From Lophium mytilinum (Eukaryota): a DNA stretch of 64,000 nt. Position 1 is the first letter of the stretch, and the number at the start of each line of letters is the position of its first letter. Shown here in pieces: positions 12,555-23,115 of this stretch. The notes below the pieces were generated by a model. That model was given only the letters and a program-made list of their open reading frames with translations. It had not been told where the DNA came from and did no database searches. Position numbers and translations under genes: made by a program. The DNA lies in contig MU004185.1 of NCBI GenBank assembly GCA_010093605.1, forward strand, positions 393,334 to 457,333, written 5' to 3'.

Positions 12555-13143
12555 ATGGCTAGCATACCGCCGGAACCGAGCAGTGAAGACTCCAATGCTG
12601 CGCTCTCCCAGTCATTATGGGCCGACAAGTACCGCGGGGTAGGTTCCTCCACGGTGGGACAGCTCTGGCTACACTACGAAAATTTCACTACACCGACAAC
12701 ATGCTGATATAGATGCATAGGCGACGATTGAAGACCTCGATCCTCCTCCGGCGCTATCCGTGAAGCCCTCGGACCCAATCTCACACGCCTTGATGAGCGC
12801 CTTTGAACGAGACTACACCCACCTCACCGTTGTGTCACAAGAGAACCGCGCCCTACTTGGATACCTGAGCATCCCGCGGCTAAAGGAGTTGCTGAAGGAG
12901 GGAAAGGTCAAGGAAAACGACCCGGTGGAGCAGGCGATGTTGAAGTTCAGGCGCAAAGGCAAAGTCTACAAGGTTATCACGATGGACACACCACTGGAGG
13001 AGCTAGAGGCATTCTTCAACGGAGGAGTCAACGGCAGCGGAGCGCAAGACTTTGCAGTGGTCACAGATGGCAACAGGAGGTTTGTCCTGGGGGTTGCGAC
13101 CAAATCGGACCTGGCGACGTTTGTCCAGCGCCGACCTGCATGA
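12555..13143 (+). CDS. Small CBS-domain protein
   Basis: MASIPPE...WADKYRG / intron ~12639-12720 / ATIEDLDPPPALSVKPSDPISHALMSAFERDYTHLTVV...FAVVTDGNRRFVLGVATKSDL (CBS pair). Confidence 0.85.
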
Positions 13144-13491
13144 GGGGAGTGAGGGGACCCGTGGAATGAGGGTTGAGCATCATGGCTTCGGCGTTTGGGT
13201 GTCCTTGGTGTATTCTGCGCAAACTCCACGACTCTGCAGCGCTGGAGAGATCTGATTTGCACTGTAGAAGCGAAGAATACCACTTGCATGAAATATAGCA
13301 TCAAAACAATCCATTCAGAACTACTAGCGGCCGCTGCGTCATGGCTGGAATTACGTGAGCGGGAGTCTATCACGGCAACCAGCGGCGATATCTGGTGGCC
13401 GAGAGCAACCTCAACACTTTCCTCTCCCTCTCTCCAGGCGCCTCTTTCTCCCCAGGCCTGCCGCCTTCGCACCCAACCCCGTTCCGCTGGC

Positions 13492-14789
13492 ATGCTCCCG
13501 TTGCGAGTGAGAGCTTCATCCCTCGGCGTGCTCTACCGCCTGCCAGTCCGCCGCCTCTTCCCCGCCGCCTTTCCTCGATGCTACTCCGTCGCGCGCGCTG
13601 TCCAGGAGCCCCGAACCGGCACCACGACCCCGGTTCCTGATGAGAGCGCACTTATTGTCTCGAAATCGCCCTTCTACTTCGAGGCTGGATACGCCCTCTA
13701 TGCGAAGAGGCCCTCGAGGCCTTTCCCGCCACCGTTTCTCTCATACCCCTCTGGATCCTACTCCGACCCGCTGAGCACACATGATAAGAGCCGGGATACG
13801 AGGCCGACTGTGAATGGGGAGATGATACGGGGTGTGACCAACGGTGACGATGCCGTGCTGGTCAGTGACAGCTTCATCGGCGCCAATGACGGTGTTGGGG
13901 CGTGGGCAACGAGGGAGAAGGGACACGCACCGTAGGGCTCTCAACCGCATTCAAGGCACGCTGCTTGGTTTGCACCATACTGACACGTAGTTTCTTCTCT
14001 CAATAGCCTCTGGTCTCGCCTAATCCTCCATTTCTGGGCTCTCGAAGCGGAGCGCGCAAAGTACGGTGGCAACGCAACACCTGATCCCGTTTCCTACCTC
14101 CAACGTGCATTCGAGCAAACAAAAGAAGCCACGGCCGAGCCGAATGAATGGCATGGTACCACGACCGCAAGTGGTGCGCTGCTAAGCTCTGATGACAGTG
14201 GTGGAAACGGTGCTCACCCCATTCTCTACGTCACGCAATTAGGAGACTCTCGAATCTTGGTCTTACGACCACGCGACCAGGAGATAATATTCAAGACTAA
14301 GGAGCAGTGGCACTGGTTCGACTGTCCGCGACAGCTAGGAACTAACAGCCCAGATACGCCCGTCAATAATGCGGTGCTTGATCGTGTCGAGATCGAGGAA
14401 GACGACATCGTGCTGGCCATGACGGACGGCGTAGTGGACAATTTATGGGATCACGAGGTGCTACAAAATGTGCTAGATAGCATGGAGAAGTGGAAAAATG
14501 GGGCGGGTTCGAGTAAGCAGCGCGATGGGAAAGAGCCGGGAGAACAGAGCTACGCAGATGGTATGCGCTTTGTGGCGCAAGAATTAGTCAATGCTGCAAG
14601 AGTAATAGCTGAAGACCCGTTTGCGGAGAGCCCGTATATGGAGAAGGCGGTTGATGAAGGACTGTCTATTGAAGGAGGTATGTGGCTTCCTTTTGCGCTG
14701 GTAAATTTGGCTACTGACGAGGTGTCTTCACAGGCAAGCTGGACGACATTAGCGTTGTTGCTGCGCAATGCAAACGCAGGAACGTCTGA
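13492..14789 (+). CDS. PTC7: PP2C-family protein phosphatase, PTC7/Azr1-like, probable mitochondrial presequence
   Basis: GDDA, ANDGVGAW, GTTTA, QLGDS, HWFDCPRQLG, AMTDGVVDNL and GGKLDDISVV motifs; introns ~13932-14006 and ~14678-14733; Arg-rich N-terminus. Confidence 0.88.
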
Positions 14790-15396
14790 TGAAGCCCCGA
14801 CAGTGGATATGCATTTTGCATATATTAAAGAGGAACCAGAAAACCAGGAGGTCAAATCCATGCACTCCAGAACAGGTCCCATGGAAGCCTAGCGCTACAC
14901 TTTCGACCCTGCGGGTTTTCCAATCTCCGGAGCAGAAAAAGAGGTTTTTACCCATGGCATTTGGCAACTCAGCCGACATTGGGTAGTCCCTAGCCTCATC
15001 ACGTCACGGGAGCTGAGCCGTATCTAACTCCGGCATTCTACCGGAGATATACAAAGTATTAGGCGGCTGGAAGTGTCAGAACGGGTCTCCACGTCACTTA
15101 ATATGGTACCAACGTGCAGATATCAAGCGTAGCGTGCCAAGACGTTGTTCTCCGAGTAACGTGGCATTGCAGAGGAAAAGGAGTGCTTGCATCGCAGCAT
15201 AATGGCAGAAGTATAATTGAACGGGAAGTACGCAGTGTAATGGAGTAGGTTGAAGGGATTAGGACGTGGCGCAAATGCCGCGAAGCATGTGAAGCAATCA
15301 ATTTTCAAGAATCTCATTACATCTCTTCTCAACTCTCCTTGTTGATGTCTGACGGTCCTCTGCCCATTTTTAGAATCAAAGTGAGATGGGACTTTA

Positions 15397-15780
15397 CAGT
15401 GACAGGCCATAAGTCTGGGCACACTGGTTCGCCACTGCAAGGGGCACCATCTAGGGATTTAGAATATCTTTCTTTAGTCGATGTCGAGTTTCGAACAGTA
15501 TGGAACAGACTGCCTCTTGACTAATCAGCTGCTTACCAGCCAGGGTGCCCCCTATAGTGGTATCGAGTGAGTAAAATTAGAGCCTAGTAGTAACAGATCC
15601 ATGTGTTACAGGAATTTAAGGATCTAAAGGCGATGTTGAGTTTAAAGCAGTGCAGGTCAGACAGCCTCTTGACTGCATAGCTCCGTAGCAGCCAGGCTAC
15701 CCCCTACAGTGGTGTCGAGTGAGCAATATTGAAGCCAAGCAGTGACAATTAGGTGTGCCCAGACTTGTGGCTTAGTATTG
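15397..15780. mobile_element. Tc1/mariner-type MITE copy A (with internal ~150-bp duplication)
   Basis: TA|CAGTGACAGGCCATAAGTCTGGGCACAC ... GTGTGCCCAGACTTGTGGCTTAGTATTG|TA: imperfect ~28-bp TIRs, TA flanks, no ORF. Confidence 0.8.
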
Positions 15781-17818
15781 TACCAGTTTGAGTCACCAGT
15801 AAACTTCGCAGGCTATGCCAAACAACGGTGTTTTCAAATCTGTTGATAAACATAGGGTGTCTGTTAAGTAGTAGAGTTTATTTCATTAGTTTCTAGTTAT
15901 AGAAGGGCATGCGCCCCTATCCCACAGGCGGTGATTTTGATATCTCGCAGCTACTCTGAATGCTTATATCCAATCAACGTTCCAGTTATAGGCCATCAGT
16001 CTGGACACACAAATCTCACCTCTCAAATCCCTCTTTCGTCAGCTACACACCATATCAATCGCAGCCCGGACACTATAGAACCAAGGCTATCAATCAGTCC
16101 CTCAAATCCCGCTCTATAACCCATCGCCTCGCTACGCCACCCTAACCCACTTATCTATCCACGGCCCCTGCACCTCCTATGACACACCAGTACGATTATA
16201 CCGCCCGATTAAACCCCCTAGCGCTGCTAAGTCATCTACCCTTGCTGAGTAAGCGCACTCCGTCTTCTAGAGTATATTAATCCGGCGCATACTAACCCGA
16301 AACGAATCTCCTCAAGCTGCTCCCGAGCCAGCTGCTAACTAGGTCCGAGATCGGTTGATCGGCGGGCGCGGACGGGTGCTAATCTAATTCAGGGACGAGC
16401 TGTTCTTGACAGAAGAAGACGATTTTCTTTACTGACTAGGCTGGGCTTTGGGGTGGTGATGATGGGCAGAGGTTTTTGTGGTTGGTGTTGATAATTGTTC
16501 GTGGTGGATGTTGATGAGCAGGATCGGGGTGGGTGGTGATTGGGGGCTTGGGGGGTTATGTGTGTTGGTTGGAGTTGTGAAAGAGGTTATGTTTAAGGGG
16601 GGTTCATCAAGTCTAAAGATGATAAGCTTTATCGATTCAGAGTCTACAATCCCAATCAAATCCATTGTCGTTGTTGTCGTTGTTTGGTGATCCCAGCCAC
16701 GGACACCATAAGAAGGAGATAGATAGAAGTTTGCACTAACACACGAAGCCCAACATGTAATCCATCCGTCGATCGTTTTCCCCCGTTTTAGACCCGTACA
16801 GGTTTTCTCCACGCTGAGTTGCAAAGCCAGCATTCCGTCGAGATACATACCATGAGACAAAACCCGTCACGTGAAAATCACATGCTCGTTCGAGGAAAGT
16901 CCGAACCATGGTTCTCCTCCGGATTCGGGGTTCGGTGTCCACACGACACAACCTCGCACGTGGTAGGTAGTTATGACGTTGATTTAAGCTTCACACATAT
17001 TGTGAAATCGTGAACCTGCCAAGAAATGTTCGGAAGCGTAATAACTACCTCGTGTGTAATAATCCCATCCCTTACACTAATAGAAGGCTGGAAGCTCAAT
17101 AGCAGTGGCACGCCGGGGTGGCTTTGGCGTTCTAGCTACATCCACGAATTGTGGTGGCTAAGACTTACGAATATAGTAGAAGCCACCACGGTAGATCTGG
17201 AGTCTGGTTCAGGGGTAAACGTTATAAGCTTCAAGGCGTCGCGTCTTTCTATTTTCTCGTCCTTTGATAGGTGTCTGACTTCGGATCTCGGGCTCGAGAG
17301 CTCACGGCGGGAGTTGTGGACCAAAGCCTAGAAGGTCTGATGGTGACGAGGTGTGGATGAGAGCGCGCGGCAGCTTCGTCAACGTAGCTGTGATCCCGAG
17401 GGGGGTAGGAAGATAGAGTGGGTTCTAGGGGGAAATGTTACGTGACATGAGACTGGAAATGATCACTCTGCGGATCTCGTTCGTCTGACGCGTGTGTAGT
17501 TCGGAGTCTCGTGCTTCGACGCTGATAAAGGACCGTAGTCTAGGCTTTGCCACTTCGGCATCCCTGTTCTTGTAGTTGGAATGACCGGAGGATGCTTCGT
17601 GTTGTGCCTGTGGCTCCAAGATTGTTCGACATTGGGTAGATTCAGGTGTACATGCTTGGCACCTTGAAGCTGACCTCTTTCTTGAGTTCGATGTTGTGTG
17701 TCGCAAGGTGTACATATTGGATGGCTTTAATATGAGGTGCAGTTAAGTTGTAACGACGTTGGTGCTTATATTAACATAAGAAGAGAGGTAGTTAATGTTG
17801 AGATATAGACCAGATGTA

Positions 17819-18196
17819 CAGTGACAGGCCATAAGTCTGGGCACACTGGTACGCCACTGCTTGGGGTACCCCCACAGGGTTTCCAGGACCTGAGGGCGAT
17901 GTCAAGCTTCAAGCAGTTTATATTAGAGTTTCTCTTGATTATCTGGATGTGCAGCAACCAGGGTACCCCCAACAATAGTGTTAAGTGAGCAAAGTTGGAG
18001 CAAGGCAGAAATCATTCCAGGTGCCCGGACTTATGGCATAATACTGTTAATGTCGAGGTTCAAGCAGTACAGATTAAACTGCCTTTTGACTAATTTCCTG
18101 CTCAGCGGCCAGGCTACCCCTCACAGTGTTATTGAGTGGGCAAGTTGGAGCAGAGTTGTAATAGATCCGTGTGCCCAGACTTGTGGCCTAGGACAG
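17819..18196. mobile_element. Tc1/mariner-type MITE copy B
   Basis: Same TIR as copy A, TA on both sides. The empty site with a single TA is seen in the paralogous segment (CAGATG-TA-GATGGGGGCC, ~20118-20135). Extra internal right TIR at 18021-18046. Confidence 0.88.
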
Positions 18197-19096
18197 TAGA
18201 TGGGGGCCAAAAGGGGTAGTAACGGACTGGAATTGCAGCCGTGGAGGAAGCTGGAATTGCAGCCGGTCCCAAGAGATGGGAGGACGAGCGAGTCTACGTA
18301 GAGCATTAGTAGTACACGGTGATACGGGTCGTCAACAACCTACCTTCCTCCTTTGCTTGAGGTACCGATAGATCGCGTCCACCTTGTGCTTACGGTTTTT
18401 GCTTGGGAGGCCTCGGAAAGCATCACTGTGCAAGAGAAGCTGCTCTCTCACATATGTACGATTGAAGCTGTTTCCGACATTGAAGAGGCGGGCGAAGTCG
18501 TCGTGAGCCATCGTTCCATTGATGAGAAAAGCGTGGATGTAGGTGGCGTGAGAGACGAGGGAAAGGACCCGATACTCTGAAAGCCATGGTTGCGGGTGCT
18601 GTTGTTGTTGCGGCAGTCATCGTCGAGGCAGTTTAGGAAGTCGCGTTCTCGCGGACCAAAACAGAGCGACTGGACATGTCACGTGACATTGTGGATTTTC
18701 TCAGGGAGCCATGATCTAGCACACACTATTATGAGTGTAATCCTACTGTTCTCAACTTGCGTAGTTGTGGTGACGTCTTTCTTTCTATTCCTTTACTCGT
18801 ACGAGTGGTTGTGGTGTATATCTTCGATGTATACTATCATATGTCAAACGGTAGCCAGTGTACTAATCTTTATCTTAATCTCTACGTTTGTGTCGAGGTC
18901 CTCTCATACAGAGGCCGCGCTCTTGCACGTATGTATACACGATGAAACATCTCCAGGGCAACTGGATGGGATTTTTCAGACCATTAAACAGCTGTGACGA
19001 GGCCTCTTCGCCTTGCCATGTGTGTGGGTGCCCGATCTGAGTCCCTCTAATGCTCGAGATGCTTAGCGTCTGATGAGGGCTCGGGTCCTACGACGA

Positions 19097-19374
19097 AGGT
19101 TCTGAACCACGCATCGCATGTGTCAGTATTTCAAGTAAACAAGATTATTGTACGATTCATCTTGTGTAAGCATGCTGATTTCTACGTCGATAGCTCGATT
19201 CCCGGCCACTGTGCAATACTCCGCGATGTCTTAGTCGCCTAGTGGCGGAGGTACAACAGAGGTTTTGAACCACGCAGCGCATGTACCAGTATTTGAAGCA
19301 GGCAAGACTATTGTATAATTCATCTTGTGTAAGCATGCTGATTTCTACGTCGATAGCTCGATTCCCGGCCACTG
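19097..19374. repeat. ~115-bp direct repeat, period 163
   Basis: Identical core TTCATCTTGTGTAAGCATGCTGATTTCTACGTCGATAGCTCGATTCCCGGCCACTG at 19156 and 19319. Confidence 0.9.
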
Positions 19375-19802
19375 CAACAGACTCATCTTCCTCCGCCGTC
19401 ACCCCACACTCTCCACCCACTCTACACACACCTGCAGACGACACACCGGCGCCAATGGCCAATGCACCCCCCGCCGCCTTCTTCGTCGACATGACTAGCG
19501 CCTAGACTGTTCCCACAGGCATTCCGCCTATGGGCCGGTGACGTTGGCAATCGATGCAAAGGTTGCACTCGGCCGGCGTAAAGAGAGTGCGGCAGTCGAG
19601 CAGAACATGGAGCTCGAAAAAAAACGAGAGGATATATTGAGTCAGCGGGTTGATGCACGCAATGTTCAGTCTCAGATCATTGCTCGTTGAGAATGGCAGA
19701 CCTGCAGTGAATTCAATGAGCTCGTCAACATGAGCGACAGTGGGCAAGCTGACTCCGTTCTTGAGTTCGATATAGTGTGTCGTGAGGTATACATATTGGA
19801 TA

Positions 19803-20029
19803 CAGTGACAGGCCACAAGTATGGGCACATCAGATGGACACTGTTTGGGGTCTCCCTATAGGATTTCGAAAATTCAAGGGTGATGTCGAGGTTCAAGCGG
19901 TGCAAATTGGACTACCTCTTGACTAATTGGCTGCTCATCAGCCAGGGTGCCCCTCACAGCGGTGTCAAGTGGGCAAGTTGGAGCCAAGATGTAATGAGTC
20001 TGTGTGCCCAGACTTATGGTTAAGTACTG
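19803..20029. mobile_element. Tc1/mariner-type MITE copy C (227-bp monomer)
   Basis: TA|CAGTGACAGGCCACAAGTATGGGCAC ... GTGTGCCCAGACTTATGGTTAAGTACTG|TA. Empty site in the paralogous segment at ~17711-17735. Confidence 0.88.
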
Positions 20030-20788
20030 TAGCTTCAATATGAAGTGCAGTGAAGTCGTAACGAGGTTGGTGCTTATATCAACATAAGAAGAGAGGTAGT
20101 TAATTTGAGAGATAAATCAGATGTAGATGGGGGCCAAAAGGGGTGGTAACGGAGTATCATGTACTTTCACAATAGAAGGGAAGCACATCATTTACCTTAT
20201 GGTGGACCATCATCCCGTTGCGGAAGCGATGTTATAGGGAATGATATGCATTGTACGAAACTCTTTCTATGCTTTTGATAAACTGGCCAGGTTGTTAGTG
20301 TGCTTACAAGATCGCGATGTTCTGGCCTGCAGGATCGGTCTGAACGTGGTGTGGTTCTAGAAATGAGATCAGACAAGCATCACCCCAGCAGAGGAAGATG
20401 ATTAGAGCAATTAGCAGTCCATTCTCACTCCTGTCGTGGAGCGTTGAAAAAAGATTCAGCACCCTTACCTCATCCCTATGTCGATCGAGCTCGAGCGCTG
20501 AAGCCTAAACCTACTCCCCGTGGGGATCAACCAAATCTCAGACATGTCCAGTCCAATTCATTCGGCTCGGGGCCCTGCAGTAGTGGCGTTGGACGAAGAA
20601 TGCTCTTTGAGGTCAATGGTGACATCATGCATTCGACATCCCACGACGTCGACGCAATGAACCGCCGTACTTGTCGTTGATCCTCACTCTTAACATCCAG
20701 ACATCAATTTCAAGTAGAGAACCAATTCTTCGACATTGAACTATCCCACTGAAACGAACTTGCTGCAAATTCTTCGAGCGTCGTGAAA

Positions 20789-21266
20789 ATGGTCAAAGAT
20801 AACGACACAGTCATCAGGTACGCAGACCTCTTCCAGGCCCTCGGTACAATCCTGGCGCTGATCCTAGGATACCTGCAGCGAGTTCAATGAGCTCGTAAAC
20901 ATGAGCGCCGGGGAGCTGAAGGAATGGCTCGGGAAGGATGAATCCGCGGGGGCGGGATGGAGCAAGGACGACGGATCGGGCGAAACCATCGGCCACGAGA
21001 GGTGTGTCTAAACATATCACCCTTCTATGCATATCAGCGCGTTCTAACCCTCCTGCCTGTACAGCGGACGCAAGATCATAAAGATCCTGGAGAAGAACCC
21101 GGACAAGGACCCAGACGGGTACGATCAGGAAGACATTGACCATATGCGCCGAGTGGTGGCCTACTGCAAGCGGCACCTCGCGCAAGAGTCTACGGCCAAG
21201 CAGAACCCAGACAGCAAGTCGGCCAAATCGCTGAAGAACTGGGGACACGATCCGCAGAAGGCATAG
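20789..21266 (+). CDS. DUF3140-family small protein
   Basis: Three exons: MVKDNDTVI/SEFNELVNMSAGELKEWL...GETIGHE/SGRKIIKILEKNP...DIDHMRRVVAYCKRHLAQE...SLKNWGHDPQKA*. Confidence 0.88.
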
Positions 21267-22840
21267 GCGGATGCAGATGCAGGGCTGCGAGGGATGCGGC
21301 TCCCGGGGGGAATCCGTGAATAGAAACAGCAAGCTTAGTGAGGGGTACGCGAGGGGCAGATCCACGGTCTCGGGCGTGGGGGAATCAGAAATAGGTGAAA
21401 AAGCCGTTGCGTAGGGCTGTAATTGGCCTGGCCTTGTGTGATGCCAACTTACGAGGGGTGCGAATGCGATCGAGGTCGTCTACGCAGGTCAGCCTCGATA
21501 TGGGTGACACTGGGAGTACGGGCTCAGCTAATTGGGGCAGGACATTGGCGGAGCCTCTCATGTTTGCTGTGACCAATTTCCTCGAGGCTCGACTGACGAT
21601 GGAGTGCGGTGGAGTGCAGGGCGGGATGGATGACGCATGGTGGTGAGATGGGTGCAGGTTGTGCTAAACATAAATCTATACATAGGCCGTAGTGCATGAG
21701 GAAGCGGCAGTGGCTGGGGCGCTTAACCGCGAACATCTCCGCTAGCCGGGATTCAATTCCAACCTCACCCAATACCCACGCATGCACGCAGTCCCGCTGC
21801 GTTTCAGCGCGTCCTTATCGAGCTCTCGAAGCCAGCATCACCTGCACTCTCTGCTCGGCGTCACTGCATCCACCTTTTCGGGACATGATGGCCGCGATGG
21901 AGACGGCCGTGGAGACGACGTGGAGACACTCCAGAGGCGAGGCAAGCTTCTGACCTGCATCCCCACTGTAGGTACGTACTGTGTACAGCTTCTGCCGCTG
22001 CTCTCCACGAGCTCCACACGATCAGCTGCTGTCATGCTCGGATGGACGCGGAGTGCCTGACAGCCATGGCGAGCAAGCTTGCGGTACACAGACATCGAGC
22101 AGAGCGTTTCACGATGCACGAAAAATCTCCGCTCGCACCGCCTTGCGTTCTCGACCTTTTCGATATCGCGGCGTCGTCCGAGGCTTCGATTGGCGCTGGG
22201 CCTGGTGGTCTGCCTCGACCCGTGCACGCCGTTCAACAAGCTCCTCCCTACGCCGTGCGGGCCGCCACAGGGCATGGGTCTCGGTCCTCGACGTCTCCCG
22301 AGGAGCCTCGCGATGCACAAACTGCCAGCCCGGCGAGGACAGCGAGTCCGACGCGTCTACAGCGCCCAGCACCGAGTTCTCCACGGTGGAGACGCATTTA
22401 GCTCTGCATGCCGCACTGGTTGTCTGCTGCAGAGGGTGGCCGACGGGCCTCGCTATATGTGAGGGATGCACATCGCTGCTTGCTGCATGTATGGGGTCCC
22501 AGGGCCGCGGGAGGTGTCGGTGCCGGTGCCTGACTGCAGGCCGTTGCTGACAGTGCCGTGTGGCAGCCGGGAGGCCTTCACGGCGGACAGAACAGAGTGC
22601 GTCGATGAGTGCTTGCGGCAGAGGAGTGGTGGAGACGGCTGGGGCAATCTCTCTCTCGAGCACGCGAACCCGGCAAAAGCGTTGCAGATGGGCGTTGGTG
22701 CATAGTGAATGACCCCAAAATAGACCTCGTTCGTCCTAGACCCTACGAAGAAAGGTCGCAAATTACCCGCAATGTCGCGGCCGGGGCCCAATCAAGCCTG
22801 CGCGCGCAAATTGTCCGACAAGGGAGGGGACCGAGGGTGC

Positions 22841-22850
22841 CTAAATATAG
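22841..22850. promoter_or_regulatory. Rlm1/MEF2 binding box in the rlm1 promoter
   Basis: CTAAATATAG is a perfect CTA(A/T)4TAG match, ~270 bp upstream of the MADS gene ATG in an otherwise GC-rich promoter. Confidence 0.6.
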
Positions 22851-23115
22851 AGTCTCCAACGCCCACACCTTCGAGAAACCCAGACCTCCCGACCCAAGGC
22901 ACATCGTCGCGAGAGCCGCATATCAACGTCGCGCTTTCGCAACACCTACTTATACACCCACGGGTTGCCTTACGCCCCTCAGCTCTCCCACGGTACCGTC
23001 TGAGTCGCGCCTCTCCCAAGATCCACTTGACACCTAGCACCAGCGGCACCAGAGTACCTTAACTAGACTCACCTGCCACCTCATGCGCCGGGTCCTCGCC
23101 CACCCTTTATAGAGC

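Larger units (their letters stand above)
17667..20153. repeat. Diverged local direct duplication (~17667-18226 vs ~19746-20153)
   Basis: Shared collinear blocks TTCTTGAGTTCGAT, TACATATTGGAT, GTTGGTGCTTATAT.AACATAAGAAGAGAGGTAGTTAAT and GATGGGGGCCAAAAGGGGT.GTAACGGA in both copies. Confidence 0.85.

Noticed and set aside
21385..23060. Many overlapping 60-190 aa ORFs upstream of rlmA
   Set aside because: GC-rich intergenic sequence giving spurious ORFs with no recognisable motifs.
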